Positions 28,376-38,893 are shown, counted from the stretch's first letter. The stretch is DNA of 64,000 bases from an uncultured Gemmatimonadales bacterium (GCA_963728915.1 CAVSLV010000001.1:160001-224000), one strand, 5' to 3'. The notes: generated from the letters alone by a model not told the origin. Made by a program: numbers and translations.

Positions 28376-29761
28376 GCCGGGGATGCTCGATCGGCCGGAC
28401 CCGACTGGTGTCCTTGGGCGCTGGAGGTGCCTTTGCCGCCTCGGGGACAACCACGACGGCGCGGCCCTCGCTCTTCACCCGGGTCATGTTCTCGATTCCC
28501 CGCACGATCACCACGTAGCGTCCTCCGGGGTGCAGCTGCTCGCCCAGCCGGATCAACAGCCGGTCGTACAGCGCGGGCCGACTGGTCAGCGGGCCCAGTC
28601 CGGCCGTGTCGAGGCGGGCCGGCTCAAGGGGGGCAGCGCCAGGGATCCGGATCGCCGCGGCCGCACGAGCCCGGGCCATGGAATCGGCGCGCAGGCTGTC
28701 GACTCTGGCCCGGGCGATCGAATCGGCGCGGATGCTGTCCGCCTTCGCCCTGCCTGCGGGGGTGGTGTCGACCACCCGTCGCGGCCGGAAGAGCGTGTCG
28801 AACGCAGCCTGGGTATGGATCCCCGCCACCGGGACCGGGACCGAGTCGGGAAGGAGCAGAACCCGGACCGAGTCGGCCGGGATGACCTGGTAAGGGTTGA
28901 GCTGCTGCGAAAAGGTCACGCCGATGGTGAGCGAGTCGCGGGCGGCGGTCGAAGCGATCCGGGTCGCGGTCGTGTCGTGCCGGAACGCCCACAGCTCTCC
29001 GACGCTGTCGCGACCGGCGGTCACCCGGAGCGTGTCGAAGTCTTCCCGCGGCTCCCACCGGAAATCGTGGTTCTGATCGATCACCCCGAACACGAGGTAC
29101 TCTCCCGCGGGAATCGGGCCGAGCGAGAAGTGGCCGCTGGAGTCGGCCACCGTCCGATACGGCAGGCTGTCGGGCATGAGCACCGCTTCCACCAGCCCCT
29201 GCGGCGCGGGACGCCGGTTGGACCAGGAAATCACCCGGCCACTCAGGGTGCTGGTCGGGACAGGGCCGCCGGTCGCGAAGGTGACCACCGCGCCATGCTC
29301 GCTCCGGTTGGAGGACAGGTCCACCACGCCGGGGAGCAGCTCCACCCGGTAGACCGTGTTAGGCTTCCAGCCTTCCCGCGGGCGCACCGCGATCCGGTCC
29401 CGCCGCCACCGGACCGTCGGGACCGCCAGGGACGGGGAGAGCACGACCAGCTTCTCGAGATCGCCGGTGCCCAGGCCGAAGTTGGGGGAGTTGCCTTCGG
29501 CGATGGTTTCGTCGAATTGGAACACCACATTGTCGTCGAAGTCCGGAAGAGAAACCACCGAGTCGGGCAGGACGGCGATGATCTGGGGAGGGTGACGATC
29601 GAGGGGGCCGCCGGGCGGGGCCATGACGCGAGCGCATGACAGCGTGGTCAGAGTGGTCAGAGTGGTCAGTGAGTGGTCAGAGAGGTCAGGGTGGTCAGAG
29701 AGGTCAGACCCCTCCGTCCCCCCTGACCTCTCCGACCCCTCCGACCCCTCCGAGCTAGCAT
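28368..29761 (-). CDS. Ig-like (Big_5) domain lipoprotein; signal peptide encoded by the tandem repeat and interrupted by 2 bp at 29670-29671
   Basis: Body CARVMAPPGGPLDRHPP...FQFDETI...WKPNTVYRV...DLSSN...FATG; Cys codon 29636-29634; ATG 29761 overlapping the valS stop is in frame only if 2 bp are removed (or 1 added). Uninterrupted ORF is 28368-29624. Confidence 0.75.
29643..29752. repeat. Inverted pair of 9-bp tandem arrays: (AGTGGTCAG/AGAGGTCAG)x7 facing (ACCCCTCCG/ACCTCTCCG)x5
   Basis: Directly readable; arms are near reverse complements with no spacer. Confidence 0.9.
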
Positions 29762-32472
29762 CCCAACCCTCGCCGCTTCTCCTGTAATACCGCCACCTGT
29801 TCCTGCCAGCTCGCCAGCTTGTCCCGCTCCCGCTGTACCACCTCGGCGGGCGCCCGGGTCACGAAGTCCTGATTCGCCAGCCTGGCTTCCTGTCTGCGAA
29901 TCACTTCGCCGAGCCGGCCGGCTTCCTGCTCGAGGCGGGCACACTCCTTTCCCAGGTCCACCATGTCGCCCAGGGGAATCGCCACCGAGGACCCATCGCT
30001 CAGCACCGCACTGGCGGTTCCCGTGCCGGCATCCGCATTGGATCGTTCCAGGCTCGCCAGTTTGCCCAGGCGCCGGACCGCGGCCGCTTCGCTCTCCAGC
30101 ACGGCACGCATATCGGGGCCGGAGCCCGCGACGGTAACCCGCACGGTTTGACCCGGCGGCACCCCGTACTCGGCGCGAATGGAGCGGATGGCGTTCACCA
30201 GCTCCTGGAACGCGGCGAATCGCCGGAGCGTTTCGGGACTCACCGCGCGGGAATCCGGGCCCGGCCAGGAGGCCAGCATCAGTGAAGGCCAGGGGGCGCC
30301 GCCCCGGCCGCCGGGCAGAGTCGCATCGAGCAAGGCGCGCCACAGAGTCTCGGTGATGAACGGCATCACCGGGTGGAGCAGGCGAAGGGCGGTTTCAAAG
30401 GCCCGGGTGATGACCCCGCGCGCCACGTCGCCACCGGGCAGCTCGCCGTAGAGCCTCGGCTTGATCGTCTCGACATACCAGTCGGCGAGGTCGCTCCAGA
30501 GAAAACGGTGGATCGCGAGAGCGGCGTCGTTGAGCCGGAATCGTTCGTAGGCGAGGGTGGCTTCCCGTACCGTCTCCTCGCAGCGAGCCAGGATCCAGCG
30601 ATCGGCGAGCGTCAGCTCGTCGATGACGATCCGCTGCCCGGCTTTGCCGGTGAGGGGCCGCACCGGGCCGTCGAGGTGGGACAGGATCAACCGGCCCAGG
30701 TTCCACAGTTTGTTCGCGAAGTTCCGGCCCGGCCCGAAGGTCGCTTCGATGTCGCTGGGATCGAGGATGAGGTCGGTCCCGACCGCGAGCCCCGACACGA
30801 CGGTGTAGCGCAGGGCGTCCGCTCCGTATCGGGCGATCACATCGAGCGGGTCGATCCCGTTGCCGAGCGATTTGGACATCTTGCGGTGCTGGGTGTCGCG
30901 CACCGTGCCGTGCAGGTAGACGGTGTGGAAGGGGAGGTCCTCCATGAACTCGAGGCCCGACATCACCATTCTCGCCACCCAGAAAAAGAGGATTTCCGGG
31001 GCGGTGACCAGCACGTCGCCCGGATAGTATCTGGCGAGATCCGGGGTACGATCGGGCCAGCCCAGGCTCGAGAACGGGACCAGCTGGCTGGAGAACCAGG
31101 TGTCGAGCACGTCCTCGTCCTGACGGACCGGCCCGCCGCAGTCCGGGCAGCGATCCAGGTCGGTCCGGCTCGCGATGGCCCGATCGCAGCGATCGCAGTA
31201 CCAGACCGGGATCCGGTGTCCCCACCAGAGCTGCCGGGAGATGCACCAGTCACGGATGTTCTCCATCCACTGGCCATACTCCACGCCGCGGTGCTCCGGA
31301 ATGAAACGGAGCCGGCCGTCGCGGTACGCCTGGAGTGACGGCCGGGCCAGAGGGGCCATCTTCACGAACCACTGATCCGACAGCCTTGGCTCGACCACGG
31401 TGTCGCAACGATAGCAGCGGCCCACCGCGTGGGTGTGGGACTCGGTTTTCTCGAGGAGGCCCAGGGCGGTGAGCTCGTCGACCACCCGGCGGCGCGCCTC
31501 GAACCGGTCCAGTCCGCGGAACCGTTCGGGCACGGCCTCGTTCATGGTGGCCCGGTCGGTCATGACGTCGAGGGAGGGAAGCCCCTGACGCTTTCCGATC
31601 TCGAAGTCGAGGGGATCGTGCGCCGGGGTCACCTTGACCGCGCCGGTGCCGAATTTGGGGTCCACTGCGGCATCCGCGACGATGGGGATGCGGCGATCGG
31701 CGAGGGGAAGCAGCACCTCCTGACCGGTCAGGTCGCGATACCGTCCATCCTCGGGGTGGACCGCCACCGCGGTGTCGCCCAGCATGGTCTCCGGGCGAGT
31801 GGTGGCGACCACGATGTGGCGGGAGGGATCCTCCGCGAGGGGATAGCGGATCCGCCAGATCTTTCCCTCGGTCTCCTGCCGCTCGACTTCCTCGTTGGAC
31901 AGGGCGGTGAGGCAACGGGGGCACCAGTTGATGATGTACTTGCCGCGATAGATCAGACCTTTCTCGAACAGGGTGACGAACACCTCCCGCACCGCACGGG
32001 ACAGGTCGTCGTCCAGCGTGAAGTAGGTCCGGTTCCAGTCGCAGCTCGCGCCGAGGGAGCGAAGCTGGCGCAGGATGGTGGAGCCGGTGGTCTCCACATG
32101 GGACCAGACCCGCTGAACGAATGCCTCACGCCCCAGGTCGAACCGGGTCTTTCCCTCCTCGAGGAGGTCCTTTTCGACGACGTTCTGGGTCGCGATGCCG
32201 GCGTGATCGGTCCCGGGAAGCCACAAGGTTGCCCGGCCCCGCATCCGCTCGAACCGGATCAGCACGTCCTGAAGGGTGTAGGTGAGCCCGTGCCCCATGT
32301 GGAGGTTCGCCGTGACGTTGGGCGGCGGCATCATGATGACGTACGGGCGGACCGGCGGATCGGCGGACGGGCGATCGGGGGAGAAGTACCCCGCCTGTTC
32401 CCACTGTTCGTAGAGCTCCTGCTCTAATCCGGTGGGGTTGTATTGGGGAGGAAGCGGCTCGCCCCGGGTCAT
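29755..32472 (-). CDS. valS: Valine--tRNA ligase
   Basis: PPPNVTANLHMGH, PGTDHAGIATQ, ATTRPETMLGD, DWCISRQLWWGHRIP, DVLDTWFSS, KMSKSLGN, C-terminal coiled coil. Confidence 0.98.
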   Translation of the reverse strand: MTRGEPLPPQYNPTGLEQELYEQWEQAGYFSPDRPSADPPVRPYVIMMPPPNVTANLHMGHGLTYTLQDVLIRFERMRGRATLWLPGTDHAGIATQNVVEKDLLEEGKTRFDLGREAFVQRVWSHVETTGSTILRQLRSLGASCDWNRTYFTLDDDLSRAVREVFVTLFEKGLIYRGKYIINWCPRCLTALSNEEVERQETEGKIWRIRYPLAEDPSRHIVVATTRPETMLGDTAVAVHPEDGRYRDLTGQEVLLPLADRRIPIVADAAVDPKFGTGAVKVTPAHDPLDFEIGKRQGLPSLDVMTDRATMNEAVPERFRGLDRFEARRRVVDELTALGLLEKTESHTHAVGRCYRCDTVVEPRLSDQWFVKMAPLARPSLQAYRDGRLRFIPEHRGVEYGQWMENIRDWCISRQLWWGHRIPVWYCDRCDRAIASRTDLDRCPDCGGPVRQDEDVLDTWFSSQLVPFSSLGWPDRTPDLARYYPGDVLVTAPEILFFWVARMVMSGLEFMEDLPFHTVYLHGTVRDTQHRKMSKSLGNGIDPLDVIARYGADALRYTVVSGLAVGTDLILDPSDIEATFGPGRNFANKLWNLGRLILSHLDGPVRPLTGKAGQRIVIDELTLADRWILARCEETVREATLAYERFRLNDAALAIHRFLWSDLADWYVETIKPRLYGELPGGDVARGVITRAFETALRLLHPVMPFITETLWRALLDATLPGGRGGAPWPSLMLASWPGPDSRAVSPETLRRFAAFQELVNAIRSIRAEYGVPPGQTVRVTVAGSGPDMRAVLESEAAAVRRLGKLASLERSNADAGTGTASAVLSDGSSVAIPLGDMVDLGKECARLEQEAGRLGEVIRRQEARLANQDFVTRAPAEVVQRERDKLASWQEQVAVLQEKRRGLGC

Positions 32473-32885
32473 GCGGGGCGGGGAACGTCCTGGTCGTCTT
32501 CGCCTCGCACCAGGAGGCGGTTGGCCACATCGTACTCGCCCGATGCCGCCCGGGCCACCCGATGGGCCTGGGTCCGCGCGGTGCGGCTGTCGACCCAGCC
32601 GCGGAGCTCGAGACCGCGATGGCCCCGGGATCGCACGTCGATGCGGTTCGCCTCGAGGTCCGGATCCCGGTCGAGCGCCTCCTGTACCCGCTTGATGGCG
32701 CCGACCAGGGCTTTGGGAGGATGCGCCCGGTACCGGACCGGCCGGAACAGGCTGCCGATGCGGCGATGCCCGGCGGTTCCGAGCATTTCTCCGATCAGGA
32801 ATCCGGCGGCGACGCCAAGAGAGAGTCCGCAGAGAGCCCAGGGGAGGGCTCTGGCGATGCGGCGGCTGCGAGTGGTCACTTCCAT
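32469..32885 (-). CDS. Membrane-anchored BON-domain protein
   Basis: TM segment, then VQEALDRDPDL...IDV...LELRGWV...A.RVA...VANRLLV; stop overlaps valS ATG. Confidence 0.75.
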   Translation of the reverse strand: MEVTTRSRRIARALPWALCGLSLGVAAGFLIGEMLGTAGHRRIGSLFRPVRYRAHPPKALVGAIKRVQEALDRDPDLEANRIDVRSRGHRGLELRGWVDSRTARTQAHRVARAASGEYDVANRLLVRGEDDQDVPRPA

Positions 32886-33054
32886 CGGGTTAAGTTTAAT
32901 CGATCGAAACTCCCCCGTGAACGAGTGTTTTGATGCGTCTCGCTCTGATGCGCGTGGTGCTGCCGGTTCTCCTGATCCTGGTCGGGCTTGGCCTCTTTTT
33001 CCGTCTGGCTCCGCGAACCGCGCCACCGGTGGTGCCTTCGACCGGGACGGCCCG

Positions 33055-34971
33055 GTGATCCGGCTCACCCTCCCGGACGGTTCGGTCCGGGAAGCAGCTC
33101 CGGGAATCACGGGGCGCGAACTCGCGGCGCTGATCGGGCCCGGGCTCGCTCGAGCCGCCCTGGCGATCCGGGTCAATGGCCAGGTCCGGGACCTGGGCCG
33201 GCCGATCGAGGAAGACGCCACGGTCGCGATCCTGACCGACCGGGATGAGGCGGCGCTCGAGATGCTGCGGCATTCCACCGCGCACGTGCTGGCCACCGCG
33301 GTGCGCGAGATCTTCCCCCAGGCCGGCATCGCGTTCGGCCCGCCGATCGAGGACGGGTTCTACTACGACTTCGAAGTCCCCCGGCCCTTTACCCCGGAGG
33401 ATCTCGAGCAGATCGAATCGAAGATGCGCGAAGTCACCGCCGCGGATTATCCGTTCGAGCGGGAAGTCGTGACCCGCGAGGAAGCCAACCGGCGCTTCGC
33501 CGACGATCCCCTGAAGCTCGAGCGAATCGAGGAGCTGGGGCCGAACGAGACGATCACGGTGTACACCGACGGGCCGTTCACCGATCTCTGCCGGGGCCCC
33601 CACGTGCCGAGCACGGGCCGGATCAAGCATTTCAAGCTGCTCCATGGGGCGGGGGCGTACTGGCGGGGTGATGAACGGCGCCAGATGCTCCAGCGGATCT
33701 ACGGGACCGCGTGGTTCAAGAAGGAAGATCTCGAGCAGTACCTCCACCGCCTCGAGGAAGCGCGGAAGCGCGACCATCGCAAGGTGGGGAAGGAGCTGGA
33801 CCTGTTCATGTTCCATCCGTGGTCGCCGGGCGCGCCGTTCTGGACCGAGCGCGGCACGATCATGTACAACGCGGTGGTGGACTATCTGCGGGAGCTCCAG
33901 CGGGAGGACTACCAGGAAATCCGGACCCCGCTGCTCTACAACAAGAAGCTCTGGGAGCTGTCGGGGCATTGGGGCAAGTACCGGGAGAACATGTTTCTGG
34001 TGCTCAACAAGGAAACCGATGAGGCGGACTTCGCGCTCAAGCCGATGAACTGCCCCTCGCACTACCTGCTCTATCTCGCGAAGAAGCACTCCTACCGGGA
34101 GCTGCCGCTTCGGTATTGCACCTACGATGTTCTGCATCGCAACGAAGTCTCCGGCGCGCTCTCGGGGCTCACCCGGGTGCGGCAGTTCTCCCAGGACGAC
34201 TGCCACATTTTCCTGATGGAGAGCCAGATCGCAGCGGAAGTGCAGCGGCTCACCGATTTCATCCTGGGCTATTACCGGACGTTCGGGCTCACCGCCACGC
34301 TCAATTTCGCTACCCGTCCCGAAGTCCGGATCGGGGAGGACGCGCTCTGGGATCGGGCCGAGGGCGCGCTTCGGGCCGCGCTCGAGGCGACCGGACTTCC
34401 CTACCAGCTCAAGCCGGGAGACGGTGCGTTCTACGGACCGAAAATCGATTTCGATGTGGCCGATTCGATCGGCCGGACCTGGCAGCTTGGCACCATTCAG
34501 CTCGACTACGCCGCGCCGGAACGGTTCGATCTCACCTATGTGGGGGAGGACAACCACGATCACCGGCCGGTGGTGATCCACCGCGCGGTGAGCGGATCGG
34601 TGGAGCGGTTCCTGGCGATCCTGATCGAACACTTCGCGGGCGCGTTCCCGGTATGGCTGGCTCCCGAGCAGGTCCGGGTGCTGCCGATCGGGGATCAGCA
34701 GCGCGAGGCGGCCGATGGGGTGACCCGTCGCCTGCGCGAGGCCGGGATCCGGGCCCACCTCGACGCGGGGAGTCAGACGCTCAACTACCGGATCCGCGAA
34801 GGAGAAGTGCACAAGGTTCCCTACATGGCCATCGTGGGCCAGCGCGAGGCCGAGGCCGGGACGGTGGCGCTCCGGGTTAGGGGGGCCGGGAACAAGCAGG
34901 AGATCGTGGAGGTCGCCGCGTTCGTGGAGCGGGTGGTGGGGGAGGTCCGGGAGAGGAGTCTGAAGGTCTGA
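33055..34971 (+). CDS. thrS: Threonine--tRNA ligase
   Basis: IRLTLPDGS (TGS), LRHSTAHVLA, DLCRGPHVP, GAYWRGD, RDHRK, KPMNCP, GLTRVRQF, GAFYGPKID, IHRA, WLAPEQV; start GTG 33055 approximate. Confidence 0.97.
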   Translation: MIRLTLPDGSVREAAPGITGRELAALIGPGLARAALAIRVNGQVRDLGRPIEEDATVAILTDRDEAALEMLRHSTAHVLATAVREIFPQAGIAFGPPIEDGFYYDFEVPRPFTPEDLEQIESKMREVTAADYPFEREVVTREEANRRFADDPLKLERIEELGPNETITVYTDGPFTDLCRGPHVPSTGRIKHFKLLHGAGAYWRGDERRQMLQRIYGTAWFKKEDLEQYLHRLEEARKRDHRKVGKELDLFMFHPWSPGAPFWTERGTIMYNAVVDYLRELQREDYQEIRTPLLYNKKLWELSGHWGKYRENMFLVLNKETDEADFALKPMNCPSHYLLYLAKKHSYRELPLRYCTYDVLHRNEVSGALSGLTRVRQFSQDDCHIFLMESQIAAEVQRLTDFILGYYRTFGLTATLNFATRPEVRIGEDALWDRAEGALRAALEATGLPYQLKPGDGAFYGPKIDFDVADSIGRTWQLGTIQLDYAAPERFDLTYVGEDNHDHRPVVIHRAVSGSVERFLAILIEHFAGAFPVWLAPEQVRVLPIGDQQREAADGVTRRLREAGIRAHLDAGSQTLNYRIREGEVHKVPYMAIVGQREAEAGTVALRVRGAGNKQEIVEVAAFVERVVGEVRERSLKV

Positions 34972-34989
34972 AAGTCTGTAAGTCTGTAA
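34958..34989 (+). repeat. 8-bp tandem array, left arm (GTCTG-NNN x4)
   Basis: GTCTGAAG GTCTGAAA GTCTGTAA GTCTGTAA; supplies the last thrS codons and its TGA. Confidence 0.85.
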
Positions 34990-35007
34990 GGCTCGCCGCC
35001 GTCTGTT

Positions 35008-35287
35008 CTATGCTGAGGACTTCTTGGCGGCCTGGTAGAGCCTCCATAGCAGCCGCCCTGTCTCGTCTAGTTGCGAAGTCAAATCTCCCGAATGTGCTCC
35101 GTCTCGATATCCAGGCTCTCGCGCCAGTCTGATGAGATAGCGGAGCTCCGATTGAGACCGCCGCTCGTCGTACCTGAGCGGTAATGCCGTATTTCTCGCG
35201 TGCCGGCCATGCGGTGGTTGCACGGTATACCGTCAGTACCAATTCGCGGGCCCTTTGCCAGGTTCGTAGCCGCTCATAGGATCCCAT
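35008..35287 (-). pseudogene. Four-helix-bundle protein (23S rRNA IVP / bAvd-like family), internal deletion with frameshift
   Basis: N-half MGSYERLRTWQRARELVLTVYRATTAWPAREKYGITAQVRRAAVSIG and C-half SELRYLIRLAREPGY...LDETGRLLWRL in different frames; the conserved N(I)AEG..R...FL..A.GS core is missing. Confidence 0.88.
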
Positions 35288-35365
35288 TCGAGCAAGTTGG
35301 TTCAGGAAATCGGTACGAGGGAGCCGACCTAGCGCATCGGGGTTCGGAATAACGCGCCTCATTTC

Positions 35366-35421
35366 CTCCAGACCCACAGACTGTCAGACCTCCAGACTTC
35401 CAGACCTCCAGACCTTCAGAC
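35366..35421 (-). repeat. 8-bp tandem array, right arm (NNN-CAGAC x7), inverted relative to 34958-34989
   Basis: CTCCAGAC CCACAGAC TGTCAGAC CTCCAGAC TTCCAGAC CTCCAGAC CTTCAGAC. Confidence 0.88.
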
Positions 35422-35449
35422 GTCCCTCCCTTGCGACTAGCTTCCCCGT

Positions 35450-36637
35450 ATGAGCGACGCCACCATCCCCGTCATTCTTTCCGCCTGTCGTACCCCGATC
35501 GGCAAGTACCTGGGCGGCCTCTCGTCCTTCACGGCGCCCCAGCTCGGCGCGATCGTGCTCCGCGAAGCAGTCCGCCGTGCCGGCGTGGATCAGGCGCTGG
35601 TCGACGAAGTCATCATGGGCCACGTCCTCCAGGGCGGTGCCGGCCAGGCCCCCGGTCGTCAGGCCGCGATTCATTCCGGACTTCCCGCCACGATTCCCGC
35701 GGTCACCATCAACAAGGTCTGCGGCTCCGGACTCAAAGCCGTGATGCTCGCGGCCCAGGCCATCAAGGCAGGCGACGCCCAGTGCGTGGCGGCCGGCGGA
35801 ATGGAGGCGATGTCCGCGTCGCCCCACTACCTCTACGGCCTCCGCACCGGGATCAAGGCGGGGAATTCGACCCTGGTGGACGGGATGATTCACGACGGCC
35901 TGTGGGATTCCTTCGGCGCCGTCCACATGGGGAGTTATGCCGAGTACACCGCGGAGAAGGCCGGCATAACCCGCAAGGACCAGGATGAATTCGCCTTCCA
36001 GAGCCACCGCAAGGCGGTGGCGGCGATCGATGCGGGCCGTTTCAAGGCCGAAATCATTCCGGTGGACGTGAAGACGAAGGCGGGAACTACGGTGGTCGAT
36101 ACCGACGAGGGCCCCCGCAAGGACACCACCGTCGAAGCCCTCGCCAGGCTCAAACCGGCCTTCCAGAAAGAGGGCACCGTCACGGCGGGCAACGCGCCCG
36201 GCCTCAATGACGGGGCAAGCGCCCTCGTGGTGAGCTCCCTTGCCTTCGCCAAGACCCACGGGCTCAAACCGCTGGCCCGGATTACCTCGTACGCCACCGG
36301 CGGCGGTGAACCGCGGGACCTGTTCTTCGCCCCGATCCAGGCAGTGGAGAACCTTCTCCGAATCGAGCACAAGCCGATCTCCGCGTTCGATCTGATCGAG
36401 GCAAACGAGGCGTTCGCGGTCCAGGCCATTGCGGACGGGCGGGCCCTGGGATGGGACTGGGACCGGGTCAACGTGAACGGCGGGGCGATCGCCCTGGGCC
36501 ACCCGATCGGCGCGAGCGGCGCCCGGGTGCTTACCACGCTGCTGTATGCCATGCGTGACCGGAAAGCCCGCACCGGCCTCGCCACGCTCTGCCTGGGTGG
36601 GGGCAACGCCGTGGCGCTCGCCGTCGAGGCGCTTTGA
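35450..36637 (+). CDS. Acetyl-CoA C-acetyltransferase (thiolase)
   Basis: [66 protein letters not shown]. Confidence 0.95.
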   Translation: MSDATIPVILSACRTPIGKYLGGLSSFTAPQLGAIVLREAVRRAGVDQALVDEVIMGHVLQGGAGQAPGRQAAIHSGLPATIPAVTINKVCGSGLKAVMLAAQAIKAGDAQCVAAGGMEAMSASPHYLYGLRTGIKAGNSTLVDGMIHDGLWDSFGAVHMGSYAEYTAEKAGITRKDQDEFAFQSHRKAVAAIDAGRFKAEIIPVDVKTKAGTTVVDTDEGPRKDTTVEALARLKPAFQKEGTVTAGNAPGLNDGASALVVSSLAFAKTHGLKPLARITSYATGGGEPRDLFFAPIQAVENLLRIEHKPISAFDLIEANEAFAVQAIADGRALGWDWDRVNVNGGAIALGHPIGASGARVLTTLLYAMRDRKARTGLATLCLGGGNAVALAVEAL

Positions 36638-37494
36638 ACGGAAGAGGCAAGCTCAAGCTCCTCGGCTGGTCCATCGTTTATCTCGTCGGCGCATTTGTCC
36701 TCTCCGGTTTTCTCTCCGTCCTTCTGGCGCGGCTGTTCGTCGGACCGGGAGTGAGCTTCCTCGGGATTACCGCGGTGCAGACGGTCGCGCTCCTGATCGG
36801 GTTCGGGCTCGCTACCTGGCTCATCGGCCATCGAGTGCTGGGCCTGACCCGCGAGGATTTCGAGCGCCTCCCAGGGAGCGCCTCTCCGCAAGGTCGCCTG
36901 GGCCGCCTCGGCCGCGGCCTGCTGGTTGGAGTGCTGCTCGCGGGCATCGCCATGGTGCTCGCGGTGCCGGCCGGTCACGCCGGCTGGCACACCGGACCGC
37001 GGGGGCCGCTGGCCTGGCTCGGCGCCACCGCGATCACCGCGACGGTTCTGCTCCCTGCCGCCCTCGCGGAGGAGCTGGCCTTTCGGGGCGTGCCCCTGCT
37101 CGCCCTCTCCCGCGCGTTCGGGCGGTTGCCCGCGATCGTCGGCCTCGCAGTGCTGTTCGCCCTCGCCCATCTCGAGAACCCCTCGGTGACGCCGCTCGCG
37201 ATCGGGAACATTGCGCTCGCTGGCGTGTTCCTCGCCCTCCTGTTTTTCTCGCCGGGAGGTCTGTGGACCTCGACCGGTGCGCACCTCGGCTGGAACCTCA
37301 CGCTGGCCGGACTCGGCGCGCCGGTGAGCGGACTGCCCCTGGCGATTCCGTGGCTTGGCTATTCTCCGGGCGGACCATCCTGGCTCACCGGAGGAGCCTT
37401 CGGTCCCGAAGGAGGCGCGATCGCCTCGCTCTGCCTGCTTGGCGGGTCATTGCTGGCCGCGCGCATCGAACCGGGGAAGAAGGAGACATCATGA
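36634..37494 (+). CDS. CPBP (Abi/CAAX) intramembrane metalloprotease
   Basis: [17 protein letters not shown] motifs; multiple TM helices. Confidence 0.88.
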   Translation: MNGRGKLKLLGWSIVYLVGAFVLSGFLSVLLARLFVGPGVSFLGITAVQTVALLIGFGLATWLIGHRVLGLTREDFERLPGSASPQGRLGRLGRGLLVGVLLAGIAMVLAVPAGHAGWHTGPRGPLAWLGATAITATVLLPAALAEELAFRGVPLLALSRAFGRLPAIVGLAVLFALAHLENPSVTPLAIGNIALAGVFLALLFFSPGGLWTSTGAHLGWNLTLAGLGAPVSGLPLAIPWLGYSPGGPSWLTGGAFGPEGGAIASLCLLGGSLLAARIEPGKKETS

Positions 37495-38336
37495 GCGGCA
37501 AGGTGGCGGTGATCGGCGCGGGCACCATGGGGAACGGGATCGCCCACGTGTTCGCCCAGCATGGTTGGCAGGTCCGCCTGATCGATGTCGTCCCTGCGGC
37601 GCTCGAGAAGGGGGTCGCCACGATCCGGGCCAATCTCGAGCGACAGGTCAAGAAGGGCACCATTTCGGCTGACGCAGTCCCCGAGATCCTGGGCCGGATC
37701 GAGAGCCGGCCTTCGTTGGATGCCGCGGGAGACGCCGAGCTTGTGGTCGAGGCCGCGAGCGAGCGGGCCGAACTCAAGTTCGAGGTGTTCCGCCGCCTGG
37801 ACGAGATTGCGCCTGCCGGAGCCATTCTGGCCTCCAATACCAGCTCGATCTCGATCACCGAGATCGCGGCCAAAACGAAACGTCCCGCCCAGGTCATCGG
37901 GATGCATTTCATGAACCCGGTCCCGGTGATGCAGCTGGTGGAGGTGATCCGGGGCCAGGCCACCAGCGACGAAACCACGCGAAAGACGCTGGAGACCGCC
38001 AAAGCCCTGGGCAAGACTCCGGTGGAGGTGAACGACTATCCGGGATTCGTGGCCAACCGGGTGCTCCTGCCGATGATCAACGAGGCGATCTACGCGGTCA
38101 TGGAGGGGGTCGCGACCCCCGAGGCGATCGACACCGTGATGAAGCTCGGCATGGGGCACCCGATGGGCCCGCTCGCCCTGGCCGACTTCATCGGGCTGGA
38201 TGTGTGCCTGGCAATTCTCGAGGTGATGCATGCCGGGTTAGGCGACCCGAAGTACCGGCCTTGCCCCCTGCTTCGCAAGCTGGTGGCGGCCGGGGAGCTC
38301 GGCCGAAAAAGCGGAAAGGGCTTCTACCGGTACTAG
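37491..38336 (+). CDS. hbd: 3-hydroxybutyryl-CoA dehydrogenase
   Basis: [73 protein letters not shown] before ATG 37491. Confidence 0.93.
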   Translation: MSGKVAVIGAGTMGNGIAHVFAQHGWQVRLIDVVPAALEKGVATIRANLERQVKKGTISADAVPEILGRIESRPSLDAAGDAELVVEAASERAELKFEVFRRLDEIAPAGAILASNTSSISITEIAAKTKRPAQVIGMHFMNPVPVMQLVEVIRGQATSDETTRKTLETAKALGKTPVEVNDYPGFVANRVLLPMINEAIYAVMEGVATPEAIDTVMKLGMGHPMGPLALADFIGLDVCLAILEVMHAGLGDPKYRPCPLLRKLVAAGELGRKSGKGFYRY

Positions 38337-38893
38337 GGTTCTCCCCAGATCTCCGCAAAGAACCCCGCCAGCGGAATGACCAGCGGCTCGCCCGCACCTT
38401 CAGGCTTCCAGGTCACCTGCTCATCGAGGATCTCCGGCCGCTGATCGTCCGGCCGCCAGCGTTCAACGATTCTCGCCTCGAGGTCCACCACCCAGTACTC
38501 GGGGATACCGGAGCGCTGGTATCGCCGCCGTTTGACGAGCCGGTCGGCCCGGCCACTGCTCGGGGAGAGAACCTCGATCACCAGGATCGGGTTCTGAACG
38601 TGCTCCCAACGCCGGTCCGGAGGCAGGCCGCGCAGCACGAACAGATCGGGCTGCATCAGGTGCTTCCCGCCCAGACTCAGGTCGGCCGGACTCAGCAGAA
38701 GTTGACCCAGACCATTCGCCTTTACATAGGGCGAGATACACTCTGCCAAAAGCATCACCGCATGCTGGTGCCGCATCGCCGGCGCGGGAGTCACCAGCAG
38801 CTCCCCGTCCACCAGCTCGTAGCGATTGCCGTCGTCCGGCAGCGCCAGCACCATTTCGCGGGTCCACCGCTCCACCACTTCAGGCATACCCAT
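38333..38893 (-). CDS. Uma2-family (PD-(D/E)xK) endonuclease
   Basis: [15 protein letters not shown]...[20 protein letters not shown]...KR..Y...GIPEYWVVD; alternative start ATG 38887. Confidence 0.92.
   Translation of the reverse strand: MGMPEVVERWTREMVLALPDDGNRYELVDGELLVTPAPAMRHQHAVMLLAECISPYVKANGLGQLLLSPADLSLGGKHLMQPDLFVLRGLPPDRRWEHVQNPILVIEVLSPSSGRADRLVKRRRYQRSGIPEYWVVDLEARIVERWRPDDQRPEILDEQVTWKPEGAGEPLVIPLAGFFAEIWGEP

Noticed and set aside
29643..29752. Possible CRISPR array (also 35366-35421, 41455-41525)
   Set aside because: Units are 8-9 bp and contiguous, with no unique spacers and no cas genes
32443..33054. 204-aa N-terminal extension of ThrS, or a thrS leader regulatory RNA
   Set aside because: The extension overlaps the opposite-strand BON gene and is low-complexity; no T-box or anticodon-mimic structure could be supported by eye
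35008..35287. Diversity-generating retroelement suggested by the Avd-like fold
   Set aside because: No reverse transcriptase and no TR/VR repeat pair seen in the window
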